This document shows positions 37,114 through 50,971 of a DNA stretch of 64,000 nucleotides, piece by piece. This DNA comes from Patellaria atrata CBS 101060 (taxonomy: Eukaryota), in assembly GCA_010093705.1 (NCBI GenBank), contig MU006093.1, positions 65,785-129,784 on the forward strand. The letters are read 5' to 3'. Under the pieces are notes generated by a model. That model was not told the DNA's origin, ran no database searches, and worked only from the letters and a program-made list of their open reading frames with translations. Numbering within the stretch: the first letter of the stretch is position 1; each line of letters opens with the position of its first letter. A program made the position numbers and the translations under genes.

Positions 37114-39320
37114 ATGGCTATCAGCGAACAGGTCGACTGGCAAGCTGACGCCTATTGGAACAACAGACGACTATCGCCCGCGCAAATTCTAGTTCACGAT
37201 ATACGTTTGGAATCTTGGAGGTCAAACACATCTTCAATGCTAGAAATTAGGGAGACACTTGCATCCACATTGCTTCCTGCACTCGAAAGTAGAGATCAAC
37301 TGGAATCCAGTCTTCCCGTTGAGAAACTCACTGCAAATAGAAATGAGCAACATCAGCTCAAAAATTTAGTCCAACAGTATGGATGGATGAACTGTTTGCG
37401 AAGTCAAGGGGTTCAAGAAGCAGTCGATGACCCCGATAATTTAAGGAAATGCAGGTGGATGTAAGTGCAGTATTGTTCTAGGTGAGATATTCGTGGTATC
37501 TTGTTGAAGCTGAGGAGTCCCTAGTCATATATCTAGCAAGTTTACGGAATATATACAAGGGGTACGTTTACTATCCAAATCATGTACTCCTTTCACAATG
37601 TCCTGACGGTACAGTCAGTGCTTACTGGCTCTTCTTGATTGGAATGATACCAATATGGCAGCAAACCTGACATCACTACGGCAACTCGAATATTGCATCT
37701 CTCAGCAAGAGCGATTCTCAAAGCATGGTCGATACTTTGCGCCATTCGTACAGACCCTGAATCCAGATACAAGCAACGAGGATGTTCCCCTACTTATGAG
37801 CCTACCTTTCTTGGACTGGAGTGTTGAAGGAGAAATCCCTCCTTTAAGGTTTCAAGTCGACTCCAGGGAAGGGTACCAATCCAGTCGCAGCTCATCGCAT
37901 GTCCATCGTTCCATACTGCAGTACTTTTACCGGCTAGAAGATACTAACGATAGAGAACATCATCAGGTATTCACCAAGCATAAACCCTGGTATACTGACC
38001 ATGAACTTGATCTAAAGGTACGGCGGTGGTATGGCCATTATCCCTCCAGTCTTAACGTGGATGAGCTTTGGGTCCTTGTTGTTGATTCTCGACATATTGT
38101 GACCTTCTCTAGCAATCAGAGTTGGAAATCAAGATGGCCTCCACTACAACTTGCTTCGAGAATCATGGAAATATCCTTTCGAGGTATTCGAAATAACTTT
38201 TTTGTGTCGGAAGACAACCCCGACTATACAAGTTACCTTCATACCATTGCTTGCCTAAGCGGCGCGGTCGGAATTATGCATCGGAGCTTTTGGATGGATA
38301 TACCGCTGTGCCTTACAGATCGTTTCGCTGGATATTTGGGGCATTTAGTATGTCTCAGTTCCAACGGTTTACTACCGGCCCTTTGCTGACATTTCCTAGC
38401 AATATAGACTCCATCGCGCTCCAAACACAAGATTAGTCATGGATCTTCTTCAGGTTCAGGTGAGCAAATGTTTATTTTCATCTTCTCCGTACTTATTGTT
38501 CATGGTTGGGATTTCCTGTGGATGAAGCCCTTCAAGAAGACCTGTACTATTACTATATCCATGAATACTTCCACGTTTTCTCTGATCCATTTTTGCGTAC
38601 TTCATAATTCTGATATGATCCTAGGAAGAACTCAATATTATCATACAAATAACCGAACAACAGCTCGATTGTATTACACAACTACATGATTTTATTGACA
38701 GGCGAAAATCACCAGGTGAATACAAGCGCCCTCAGAGTCGAGCGGCCTCAACAAAACGCAGTAATACTTTACGACCAACTCTTGCTCCCATTGTACCATC
38801 TGAACTACGAGCAACGTTTAGGCAGTTTTCATCCTCCAACTTAGCTGATCCGTGTTCCCAATTATATGAAAACCTGCATCGGGAGTATACAGACTTGTGC
38901 GACTTAAGAGAGAATAGCAACAACCTCCTCAATCGGACTATTCAATTAGTAAATATCCGTTTGGAAGATCACGGCAAAGCCATCATTGTGTTTACAATTG
39001 TAACAATTGTGTTTTTGCCGCTCTCTTTCGTTTCTAGTTTCTTCGGAATGAATTTCTCTGACATTAGGAATATGGAAAGTACGCAGACAAGGTTTTGGAT
39101 CGTCGCCGCTTCACTTACAATTGGTGTCGTCGGTTTCGCCATATTTCTGGCTTTCTTCGGCGCTTCCATCTATGAAAAGTTTCTCTTTTGGAAAGAGAAT
39201 AGTTATAGCCCGAAAATCAAAGTCCCAAAGGTCTACTCGACGCGTCGCACCACTAGTGATGGTCTTAAGAGGTTCGAAGTCATCAATGTCGCTCGACCAG
39301 CTAAAGATTACGGTATATGA
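37114..39320 (+). CDS. CorA-like Mg2+ transporter domain protein, multi-exon; 5' end uncertain
   Basis: Spliced frame reads KCRWIHIS..VDELW..; C-terminal KAIIVFTIVTIVFLPLSFVSSFFGMN (GMN motif) and a second TM helix; introns include 38460-38624. Confidence 0.8.
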
Positions 39321-39885
39321 TTTCCTAGTTTGTCAAGCCGGATTCACGTCTGGTAAATCAATAACCGGTGAGTTTACCAGTATAACGAGTCTCCTTGGCC
39401 AAACGGAATGCATTCAATCACATACAAATCACAAAGAGTGATACATCATAAATCTGGTATTGCTCACTAAGTGTGCATTGTTGTCTCAGTTGAATTTCAT
39501 GTGTTGACTGACGGGTAGCTACATGATCACCTTCCCTGGCACGAAGCGTAGAACAAAATGATGCGTAGTTACCCACAAACATAATTTCAAAGGTACCCAC
39601 TGAATCGGAGAATGCGGTCTGGCGCTAGTAGATGAAGTCAGTACGTATTTCTTTATCTGCTATTTTACAGGGTGCTGTCACTAAGAACAGCTCTGGTTTG
39701 CTAATGATTGCTTCAGTTCGTCGTCGAGTTTGCTATAACAGGAAATAGTCACTCTACGTCTACTTAAGACCACAACGTCCCCACGCTGCTCGGAATCCGT
39801 ACATACAATATAATTTCCTAGATCAAAGGAGTATCCTGACTTTATATTTCCTCCCTTCAAACCACCGCTCAAGACCAGAGTGGAG

Positions 39886-41678
39886 ATGTACGAAGCTCAA
39901 AGCATCAGTATACCACCCAAACTTCGTTGGTTTGTGCGGCGCACAGACGACGTGTATGTGCCGCTCATCGCTGTTGACGAGCTCCCTCCTGATATCGAGC
40001 TCATTGGTGCTCCTCGCGTGATGGAGCAGGACATGATAGAAGGACTGAAGTTTGTCGGGGCAGTTGAGCACTCCGGCAAATTCTTTTCTTTCAGGCGCAC
40101 TTCTGAGTGTAGCCGTGATCAATATCAACGTAATGACAAAGGCCACACGTCATCAAAGGCGGCTTCGAGCAATCCAAGAAAATCGGAACCTGGGGAAGAA
40201 CGCCCTTCGATCCTAACTGAGCATTCTCACCATGAGCAGTTTTGTAAACTATCTCCGCAAATTATTCCCCAGGAGACTTTAAGTATTACATATATCAACC
40301 ATCCACAGGATTCTCCATCAAAGGATCTGCGTCCTGTTACCGCCTCACGCACCGTACCTACACCATCTTTGGTTCATTCTAAGGAATCAACTGTAAGAGC
40401 TACCAGACTCCTGCGATTCAATGTCTACTAACCCTATTCCTCCAGTGCATATCTTCAACCTTACCTTCTCAAGGTCAATCGGACGCACACTACGCTATAC
40501 CACTACGTTCTACCGTACCGGCGAACTCGGCCCCTGCTCTACCTGGGAGGGAAAGATATCCGACGGATGTGTCGCCCATAAAGCCTCCACCCTCAGGTAA
40601 ATATCCAAATGACAAAAAGAAAGAATACTGCACGTACTGGCTTCAAAGAGGTGAATGTAACTTCATGGGAGTGGGATGTTTATACAAGCATGAGATGCCG
40701 GATAAAGCGAAACTCGAGTCTCTCGGGTTTCGAACTATCCCTCTATGGTATGTTATAGAGCAGAAGAAGAAAGCATCAGCTCGGAGAGCAAATGGTGTTC
40801 ATACTGGACTTACCTGGGCGGAAAGACAGCGACAGGCGATCCATGCAAAGTCTTCAATCGCCTCCAAACAACTTGAAATGAATTCCGAACCTAGCCGTAC
40901 GACTAGAAAAGCCATGGATATCGATTCCTCCTCATCCGAATCTGAATCTGAATCTAGTATTGCTTCAGGTAGCCATGGGGATGCGGTAGGGGATCTTATC
41001 GACATCGAATGCCTGGAACTTCAACGAGCATCTACTTCAGGTTTACAGTCTGCACTTTTGCAGACTCATCGCGAATCTCCCACTGAGAATCGCATTTTTG
41101 TTCCTGCGGAGATTGTTTCTGTCGACGGCCAGGGATTGGCTGTACGGTCCCAGCGCCCTCAATCTGTTCAAAGTTCGCATACAAGCCCGGCGCCCGGTTC
41201 TCCCCTGTCCGACAAGAAAGAGTGCCAGAAGAGTAACTCAAGTTTCAAATCACGGAACCCACGTCCACCACGTCCTGTCCGACCGCATATCCCTTTGACA
41301 CACCTAGTTAATGAGGGACAGGATCTCATGTCCTCCATTCATTCACCCCAACGCAGTAAGGACATAGCTGAGGTTGTTATACCTCCCTCTTCTCCCTCCC
41401 TTAGTCCTATACCTCAAGCGACGAAAGGGAGGCGTTCGAAGCGTAGGAACAAAGTTTCAGAGAACCCAGATGAGGTCAATATCGCTGTTCGTGCTCCAAG
41501 GAAGGACAACCGCGCCCAGCACCCTAGAGTGAATATGAGATTCGATCCTCCGAAATTATCGGAGAACAAACAGTTTAGCGAGCACGTAGTTGCGCAGGCG
41601 CCCAGGATGGGTTTGTGTAAGAACAAGATCGTGTGGCAGAACTTGAAGCAAGCTACAAGTCTTCTTGATACTGATTAA
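39886..41678 (+). CDS. CCCH zinc-finger protein with a conserved fungal N-terminal VPLIAVDELP block
   Basis: WFVRRTDDVYVPLIAVDELP; KKEYCTYWLQRGECNFMGVGCLYKHEMP; probable introns about 40244-40308 and 40393-40445. Confidence 0.75.
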
Positions 41679-42423
41679 ACGTAGACTCCTGCATGCAACA
41701 AGGGATGACTCTGATTGAATGGAACGAGGGATGGTATTGATAATGCGAACTGCTGTGGCTGGCTCAAGTTGTCTCGTTCGTGTGGTGGATAGGTTTGCTA
41801 TGACTTGGTATATACTATCTTTCTTATATGGTTCTCGATCGATGTTACAGGAGAATTTCTATATAGACTTTCCTTTATGTTCAGATTATAGCCTATATCT
41901 CTTAGCTCAAATCCAAAATGGTCTCCTTCGGTATTGATATATCTCTTTCGCATTGTGCTCTTAAGCTTGCTCGGATCAGAGTATACTCACGTTACCATAA
42001 GCCGGGTCTCGCAATTAGCGATATGGAGGTATAGTTCACACACAAAATTACGTTCAACTAGCTCGCTAAGGGCGAGAGGGATACTCGATTCTCAAGTCAA
42101 CATTGCCAAGTGATTTTTATCCAAGGAAGTTCTTACATATAATTAACTTAAGGGAAGCGTCTGTACTTTATGGCAATGCTCTGGTTGAAGCTGCCATGCA
42201 CACGTGCCTGCTCCTAGCATTTTGAAGTGATGCAGATTCGGTACCAAAGTTAGGGTTACTAATCCCATGCTAAAACTAAACCCAAAGCCACACCTAAGGT
42301 ACAGCCTTACTTACTGCAAAGTAGTAAATTTTTGCACAAACCCTTACCATCTTGTTCGAATTGTTCTAATCCTAAAGACTGACGAGCACCCTACGAGGTA
42401 CAATGAACAGGCGAGCAGACTGA

Positions 42424-42932
42424 AAAGAAAGATGGTTACAACCGGAAGATGAGCGCAAGCTTAGAGAGGAACGCGGAGAGGGGCTGTTCCGTGCTGAGGC
42501 TATCAAGCTTCCATTTGGCGAAGATGGTATTTTCCCTATAGTGTTCTCTTATGAATCTTGAAGCTGATGCTGTGACTAGGTGAGCCGGAAGGCAATACCG
42601 ACTTCGATCCTTTTGAATTCGAACAAGAAAACTACGGCCATGAGCTCCAATCGTCTGATGGTGAAGAACAGGAGGGACTGGCCGGGCAGAAGTCATCAGT
42701 CAGGAAGCGGTCATCGGAGGACAGTGCTGAAGATGGACCGACGCGGAAAAGGCGCAAACTCTTATGCCATGCATCCGTGATAACATTTCTGCATGAAGAG
42801 GCTACCGCAGGGAGAATTTGTGAAGGATCTAGAGTATCGAGTCTCGGATATCAGAGAGCAGGAAGGAGTACTCTCGGTGGCCTCTCTCGAGTTACCTGAT
42901 ACTCTCGCCACGCCCGTTCAGTTTCCTTGCTA
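42424..42932 (+). pseudogene. Possible orphan gene or degraded gene fragment
   Basis: A clean 53-nt GT..CTGAT..TAG intron (42527-42579) joins protein-like frames (acidic tract plus PTRKRRK); an upstream in-frame TGA and no clear start. Confidence 0.3.
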
Positions 42933-44286
42933 ATCGTTCCAGAAGTTACCGATCCCGTATGCGAGCGATCGTGCAATCCCAGATTTCGCCCTCCTCGTCT
43001 GTCCTGTCCACTCTCTGTTGAAGGATTAATGAGTCGAGCCAACCCACATCCTGGGGATTATTTCACATTGGGAGTGATTGGAACTTTTGCTGACAAGATA
43101 GGACTACTGCTTATTCAAAAGATTTGATTAGGGATTTGAATTACAGTTCATGAGATGAATTTGACGAACAAAGCATGTTACCATCTCGCACTTATACCGT
43201 ACAGTGGTGGGTGAGCACTATGAAAGGATAAGGCTGTAGATGGAAGTGAAGAAACCAAAGTACGGTACCTTACTTTTACTTCTTACTCATTAACTATATT
43301 CCGTTAGCGCGTAGGCTAGCGGCCGTGCTGTACTGTAGTACTGTAGAATGAAAACAGTTCTAACCCGGAAGGTACTTGGTGCCTTCGATTAGTACAGTTT
43401 GCAGACTCCGTTTTCAACCTCACCGCAGCCTTGCTCTCTATTAAAGCTTATGAACTCTGCACCAAGCTCCCGTCGAGCTTGGCCTAATTCGAGTCTATCT
43501 TCGATGGCTTATAAACTAGCTGCTACTACAGTCATGCATTTTTCTTGCTTCTCCAACTGCTCTGGAACTATATCTGCGGCTCCTCTTCATATCGGTATTG
43601 AACAGTTCTCTGTTATAGTGGTTGGATAAGGGTGACCATTATCAATGGATGAAGTCTCACTTCATATTCTATACGGACCGGTACTGCACATGCCTTGTAC
43701 AGTACAGTAAATGTTCCCATAATGTGGAATGTTTTGGCTATCATGTGTAAAGTTACCCATCTGGTGTCTTTGGCCGTAATTTCGAGTTACAAGGTAGAAG
43801 TATACGCCAGAAGTCTGAATATATGTTGCGGGGAATTAGGAAATGATCTAAGATATCCTGTGCCGTAGCTATCGAACGGTAGCTTATAGCCTTAAAGACG
43901 AATGGTTTCTATTCGTTGCTGCCCGATCCCTTTGCGGCCCCTAAGGCTGAAGAATGCCCAAAACAAGGCCGTGGCACCAATTACAGTAGTCATATTTCGG
44001 CGAACGGATATGGAATCTCTCCTACGTACTAATTCATCTACGGCTATCTCTCTTTATAGCGGGTTGTTGTGCCTGTTTCTGGTGCTCTGTCAAGGAAATA
44101 TTTTCCATTCATCTTGCTTGCTCTATTTTATCTGTACTTGCCCGACAATCCCATAGGGACCATTCAATCTGGTGTTACGTTCCCACTATACACCTAGAGC
44201 GTACAATTGCCGCGTTTCACTCTCAAATCGGTCAAGGGGAAGTATTCGCCAGTGTTTCATTATTTGAATTACTTTTCTCGGAAAAC

Positions 44287-46098
44287 ATGCTTTCCCCTAG
44301 CCTGCTAAGGCGATCAGAAGCCATTTCCATCGGTCCTCTCCGCCGAAAGCTTACGGCTGTGCTACAAACGGTCTTATTAGAACTGAGCATGTTAACGGAC
44401 GATGGCCCAGGACTACAACCTAGTCTTGATTTCGGATATGAAGAAGATATTGACGATACGGGTTGTATTAGGGGTGATACAGGGACGCAATCAAGGCATA
44501 ACGTCATCCCAACACTTATTGGTCGACGTGGAGGTAGCGTGTCCAGCTGTCCCACGACCCCTAACGGCCAAAATGATGCTACTCAAACGAATCATTGTAT
44601 TTCGAGTAGTTATTCTCCTCCATCGACAGATTCTAACTGTGAAGCACCAACGCGGGGGGTTCATACATCAAAGAAGAGACGGTCCTCGTCTGACCTAGAA
44701 GTTCCATCCAGCATGATACTGGTTTTCGACTCCACGATGGAAATCGCCGACGTCAAGAAGAGAAGAAGGAACTGTACACCAAAGGAACAAGAGCGGATCA
44801 ATCATTTACGTAAAGTAGGGGCGTGCAACTTCTGTAGGGTGAAAAAACGCAAGGTACGCCATAATTCCAATCTAGCGAAGGCTCCATTAATCTGCCCTAG
44901 TGCACCCATATCAATATTGAAAAGATGAAAGCAGTGGGACGAAGAGAGAAGCAGTTATTACCAAGGTATATCAATGCTATGCACGTATATATATACTAAC
45001 TATGGTGATATCAGCCACCATTCGGGCCCTCGTACCGGATCGAACACGCGATTAGCAGCGCAGAGGGAGGCTACTGTCTCTCCTCACTCGTCTAACCCTA
45101 GACTCAACTCAAGTCAGACTAAAGTTCTTTTCGAGTCCACATTGAATGATAATGTACGTGACGCTGCCGATGATGATGCCGAACAGGTAGTATTAGCCCC
45201 CGAATCGGTATCCCGAACAATCCATGAAGATTTAGGAGAAGTTTCCAACCACTTCCAAGTATCAGGTCTAGATAAAGGGATCATTTGTTTTCTGGAACCC
45301 TTTACTGAACGTTACTCAAGAAGTAGTAGTGCCTTGATAGGAACTGAGCCAATCTCAGTAGTAGCTCCATTACCATATTCATCTTCAGGAGTCCAAAAGG
45401 ATACTGTCATCCAAGGATCTTCACAGGACCAACCAACTGGAACCTATTCTCCGGTCAATCATGACCGAGAAATGAATCTCTCCAGTGAACCATCCTTAGG
45501 AGTAAGTAGAAATAGCCGCGTAATGCAACTTGACTGTGGCCATATGGGAAGCTGCGCACATCTCCATAGCTGGGACCATGGAAGCCAGCAAAGAAACTTT
45601 ACCATATCCCCACTACAAACCGATAACGGATCAATCAGCCCAGTGCCATGCGTTCAATGCAGCCGTGCAGCTTTGGTAAGCAGTTCATTGGACTATAACT
45701 CGAGTCAATTAAGAATGAGAGAGGACTCCTCATACTCCGAATTGCTAGGACCAAATCACTTTTCTGAGGAGAACCAGCAGGGAGAAAGTGGTACAGCAAA
45801 CTCATCTCTTGCGGATTTCTGGAACCACTCCTTTTATCGCATGGCCATACACGCCAGGCTCCCGTCCGAGAAAAGTCCCTTTGAGGATGGCAAGGGTGTA
45901 TTGAGTTCTTCGAATTTTGGTAACGGGTCAGAGGATTCTAGGAACGACTGGAGAGAAGGAGCCCCATATGACCAGGCCCATGCTTACGGTACAAGCACAA
46001 TACCCGATCCTTATATGGGATTCAACGGGAATCCTACTCCCGTTCAAGCTGGATGGCCGCCTCCCGTTGACAGTGAGACCACGAGTCGTGCGGTGTAG
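44287..46098 (+). CDS. Putative transcription factor with an incomplete Zn-cluster-like motif
   Basis: KKRRR..LRKVGACNFCRVKKRK|CTH after a GTACGC..TAG intron (about 44854-44899); second intron about 44967-45014; low-complexity C-terminus. Confidence 0.6.
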
Positions 46099-48143
46099 CA
46101 CCGTTCAACCATCCTACTCGTTCATCTGTATTTTCATCTTTCCACATTTGGTTTTCTTGATGATGTCTGTTATCTTGGGACATTTTTGCCACGGTTATGT
46201 GGTAGACGCTCTGAACGTCTACATCTTCTCCATGTCAAAGGTTTTTTTTACACGCCATGTTGGGCCACACTTCCTGGCATGCATACTCTTCTTTCAATCT
46301 GGACTTTCTCGTCGGGATCCGTTCGGGAGGGGTCCTATTCGTATAACTTAGGGTTACATTGGGCCTTCACTTATTTCGAACAACCTGATCGCGAGGTGAT
46401 TTGGTCCGAGGAAATTCCCAATCTACATCTGCCAACCCAAAGCCAGGTCCAATTCTGGGGATCTAAACATTAGGAAAATTTGGACACGTGAGATCTGCCA
46501 GAGCTGTAACTCCCCGTGAGAAGTCAAGTATTCATACTGACCCTTTGTTCTAGACTTGATGTCCATCGTCGCTGCGGAATATGCTGAGTAATGGCCGATG
46601 GGCCTTTGCTGGCGAGGGAGAGGTAAGTTCAATCCTAATTCGAGTATGCCGGTTAATGTTGATATTTATTGCACAGGGAGACATACTACTGTCCTGTCAA
46701 CCTTGGTACTTTCTTCCCATGAGAGGAGTCATGAGATATGCAATTTCCATACTGTTGTTAGTGTATGAGCATACTTTCTTACATTCTGTCTCTTCTCTCT
46801 TTCCTCTTCCACACTAGGACTTTTCGGCGTTCGGGACTGGACATGGAACCATCTCAGGACATTTTCCGTGGACTTTTCTTCTTTCTCTCTGGTCAACGAC
46901 AGTTGCATTACAGGAATGGTTCTTTTCCGAATTACAGTATCATGTGTTCATTTATGATGTTATGGAGTATCCTTCCTTGTTATGGTTGACACTCCTCGGT
47001 TGCTATATGCATACTGTATAGTCACCGAGGGATTTTCAACCTGAGTATCGACACCTTCGAGAATACAGCTTGCAGCAATTCGTACGGTCTGCTTCATGAT
47101 GTGTAGGGATTATGGTGAGATCAGATATAAAGCAAGGAGTATGTATGACTTACAGCATAATTCTGCAGTTGTCTATGTTCGTGAAGACGCGTGCAGACTA
47201 AATGATCACTTATTATCAACCTAAGCTTGCACCTCATCCCCTTTTGCACAGCCTCACATCGAATTATTGCTCCACGACTCACGAGAAAACAAAGTGGAGA
47301 ATGTTTCACGCATTGACCCTTTGAAAAAGATGCAAGCTTTCCAAGAACGTTTTAGCGGAGAATCCCGTTTTGTTTCCCCTTGGCCTTTAACGTTTCTTAC
47401 CTTATGGAGTACTGTGGGATGAAATTAAAAGCAGGCCAAGTAGCGACAAGAATATCTGGAAGCTTGTGTCGGCGTGTCTTTCAACTACAGCACCTACATG
47501 TTATGGTACCTATATCACATTATTACATTATCTTATTATAAAGGAAACAATGGAAGCGCTACCTGGGTTTACTTCGTATTCACGGGCGTGACGGATCAGG
47601 AAGACGCGGCTTCTTCTTACGTATCAAGCAGCAGCGCATCATCCAAGTCGCCTCCTTCGGTCCTTCCAGGTTAGGTGCGGGGTGGTTGCGATGATCGTTC
47701 TGGTAATGTAAAGCCAAACGCCTGGGACAAAGGTAGAATCAATGAGTATCTCTAGTCCTACAAGTTCGAAAGTTTTGTATTACTGTTGATGCATCTATTA
47801 GTTCTAGATAAATAAAATTTGGAACTTCAGAGAGTGCACGTAATCTCCTCATATCTCCAACCTAAAATACGGTTATCTCTCTCGCTCTTTTGGGCTGCGG
47901 AAGTGCGCATCCACTTGATCCCGCACATTGGATGCCGTCAGCTGGGAAAGCCGTAAGCCGAGACCATCCTAACTTCAGTTACTTCACCTAAACCTTCACA
48001 TTTCCTACTTTCCTACTTCTTCACTTCTTCACCCATCAACATCTCCTTCCTCTGAGATGGTCACTCCATAACTCGACCTCTCCGCCCATCTCGAGACTTC
48101 GCAACACACTCGTTTACACATCCGAGACTTCTGCACGACGACC

Positions 48144-49759
48144 ATGCATCATCTCCATCGCGGCCTTGCGGCCGTGCTCTGGCTAAGCATTTCGGGCTTG
48201 GTCTGGGCAATTGAGCTCGACTTAGATGATCCTCGTAAGTTTATGACGAACAACTACAATTTACCGTGTCGCAATGCTCATAGTACTCCTTCCCAGAGAG
48301 TATCAAGGATGCCGCCGCCGTCGTCGCCAAAGGCATGATGACCTTCTACAATGGCGATAAACCCGGAGGTATTCCTGGCTTGCTACCACCTCCATACTAC
48401 TGGTGGGAATCTGGAGCCATGTGGGGACAGGTGCGAAACATTCAAAGACATATTCTCCATATTTACTCGATACTGATGTCTCGAAGCTCATCAACTACTG
48501 GTATTATACTGGTGACGATACCTATAACGCAGAGGTCATGAAGGCGCTCCTTTTCCAAGTTGGACCTAACGAGGACTACATGCCACCAAATCAAACCAAA
48601 GCCGAGGTTCGCATTTCCTGTAGAGCACTTAAAATTGGGGGGTTTGTAGCACTAAAGTTTTTGAAATAGGGGAACGATGACCAAGCTTTCTGGGCTTTCA
48701 CCGTCATGGACGCTTGCGAACTGAAATTTGAAAACCCGCCCGCTGACCAGCCTCAGTGGCTCGCTCTTGCCCAAGCTGTCTTCAACCAGCAGGTTGCTCG
48801 ATGGGACAGCGAGAATTGCGGTGGTGGCTTGCGATGGCAGATATACCCGTTCAACAACGGTTATAACTACAAGAATACCATCTCCAATGCTGGCTTTTTC
48901 CAGCTCGCTGCTCGCCTGGCTCGTTATACGAACAACCAGACTTACGCTGACAAAGCTGAAGAAATGTTTGAATGGATGCTCAATTCTCCTATCCTAATAG
49001 ACCGCAATACGTCATACTGGGTCAACGATGGTACCTCCAACGACAACGATTGCGCCGACCCTGACCGCACGCAATGGACGTACAATTACGGCACCCTGAT
49101 TGCGGGCTCAGCCTATGTAAGTTTGTCCTTCTAATATCCACAGCTTATGTGCTTATTGTACACAGCTTTATAATTGGACCAACGGTTCCGAACTCTGGAA
49201 GCAACGTCTCGACAAGTTCATAGCCGGCCTCTCACCTATCTTCTTCGCTCCCGAGCGTGGCGGCGGTAATGTCATGTGCGAATGGTCCTGCGAACTGAAC
49301 CAGAAGTGCAATTATGACCAACCGTCCTTCAAAGCATACCTTACTCGTTGGCTCGTTACTACTATGCAACTCGCACCGTACACCTGGGATACCATCAAAC
49401 CGAAACTGGAGGCTTCAGCCATGGGCGCCGCACAACAGTGTACGGGACAGCCTGGTGGAGACCGTTGTGGTAGACGTTGGTACCAGGCAGAGTGGGATGG
49501 ATTTACGGGCGTTGGCGAGCAGATGAGCGCCTTGGCTGTTATTACGGCCAATCTGGTTCCCAAGATTACTCTAGAACCGCCTGTTACCGTTGACACTGGA
49601 GGCAACTCGACCGGAAATCCAGCGGCTGGTACGGCGCCGGATCAAGTGAACCCGTATCACGACGGCGAGATCACCACAGCGGACAGGGCTGGAGCGGGTA
49701 TTATCACGGCATTGCTTTTGATTATGACGGTAGGGGGTTCTTGGTTCATGGTTTCATGA
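48144..49759 (+). CDS. GH76 alpha-1,6-mannanase/transglycosylase of the DFG5/DCW1 type, probably GPI-anchored, multi-exon
   Basis: Signal peptide; [20 protein letters not shown] catalytic [25 protein letters not shown]-terminal [14 protein letters not shown] plus hydrophobic tail. Confidence 0.93.
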
Positions 49760-50971
49760 AGAGTTGGAAGAATAGGGTCGATAACGGGATTATGCATTCT
49801 TGGCGTTTCGGTTCTCTTTGGCTGAGGGGATGTTTGTACCGATCTGGATACGGATGTTTATGTAAGAGCGTGGACGGGTCTACTTGGACGTACGGTACAG
49901 CCCGATACGCTCCTGATTGTATATGGTAGATTAAATAGGAGGCTCTCCTACAGCAGTGGCGCTATAGCTAAGCCATATGCAATAAAGTAATTTGTATAGT
50001 GACTAACCATAAATCTATATATCATTTCCCTTCGCTGCTGTGATTTCTCTCGCCTACTGTACATTTCTTCCATAAACATTTTCCGAATTTACCATACAGA
50101 AAAGAGATGACACCAAGGAGGATTCCAAGTTATACTGTACAGGTGATAATGATTTGATTCGCGTACGGTTCCTCCTGGCTACGGATATTCTGACTGTACT
50201 ATACAATGAGGATGAGGGTGTACGAAGATTCTGGTTGTACAGTTAACTTTTGACGGCACCGGTAGTACTATATCAATCTGAACTATCAAATTCATTGTAC
50301 ATCAATACCACTGAGACCCTCAAATTGAACGCTGTACATGTCATCCTGGTCACACACACTCCACAACTGACCTCATTCGCCCAATGTGCCCACGTAGATA
50401 AGGCATCCTGGGTGCATCGAGCATGCAGTCAGCTAGACGGGATGTCTTGGGACGGGAACGATTAGGTGAGGTGTTGGGCGCGTTTGAGTATGGTAGTCAG
50501 ATGCGAGGTGTAGGCACGGCAGGCTTCTGTACTGTACATTTGACGGTGCACGAGATGCGCTGGTCACTGGAAACAGGAACAAGGCGTGCCGTTTGTTGTT
50601 GTCGGGTGTCAGTCGTCTTCGGCTCTTTTTCTTTTACAGAAGGCCAAAGAAAGCTGGATGCTGGGCCAAAGAGACACTTGCATATGTCCCCACCCCACCA
50701 CATCGACTTATTCCACTCTTTCGTTTAAGACACTAATTAACCCACCGACCCCAAGGACATCAAAGTCCTTCACATCCGCCAGGGTTGTCCTCAAAAAGAA
50801 TCTCTCCCACAACATTTTACACTCACTTCCTTCAACTCAAACGAAGCTCAAAATTTACAAGTACGCGCCACAGCAGCCCCTTGAGCACTGTGCCCGACAA
50901 TTCAAACACCAACAGGGATTCTTCAGCCTCTGACGAACGGAACATAGAACCTTTAGACCATCAACAACATC

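Noticed and set aside
42250..42258. TTAGGGTTA (reverse complement TAACCCTAA), a possible telomerase RNA template; a second copy at 46348-46356
   Set aside because: A 9-mer is expected about 0.5 times by chance on two strands of 64 kb. A ~2-kb minus-strand RNA from either site would overlap protein genes, and I recognized no other telomerase RNA elements.
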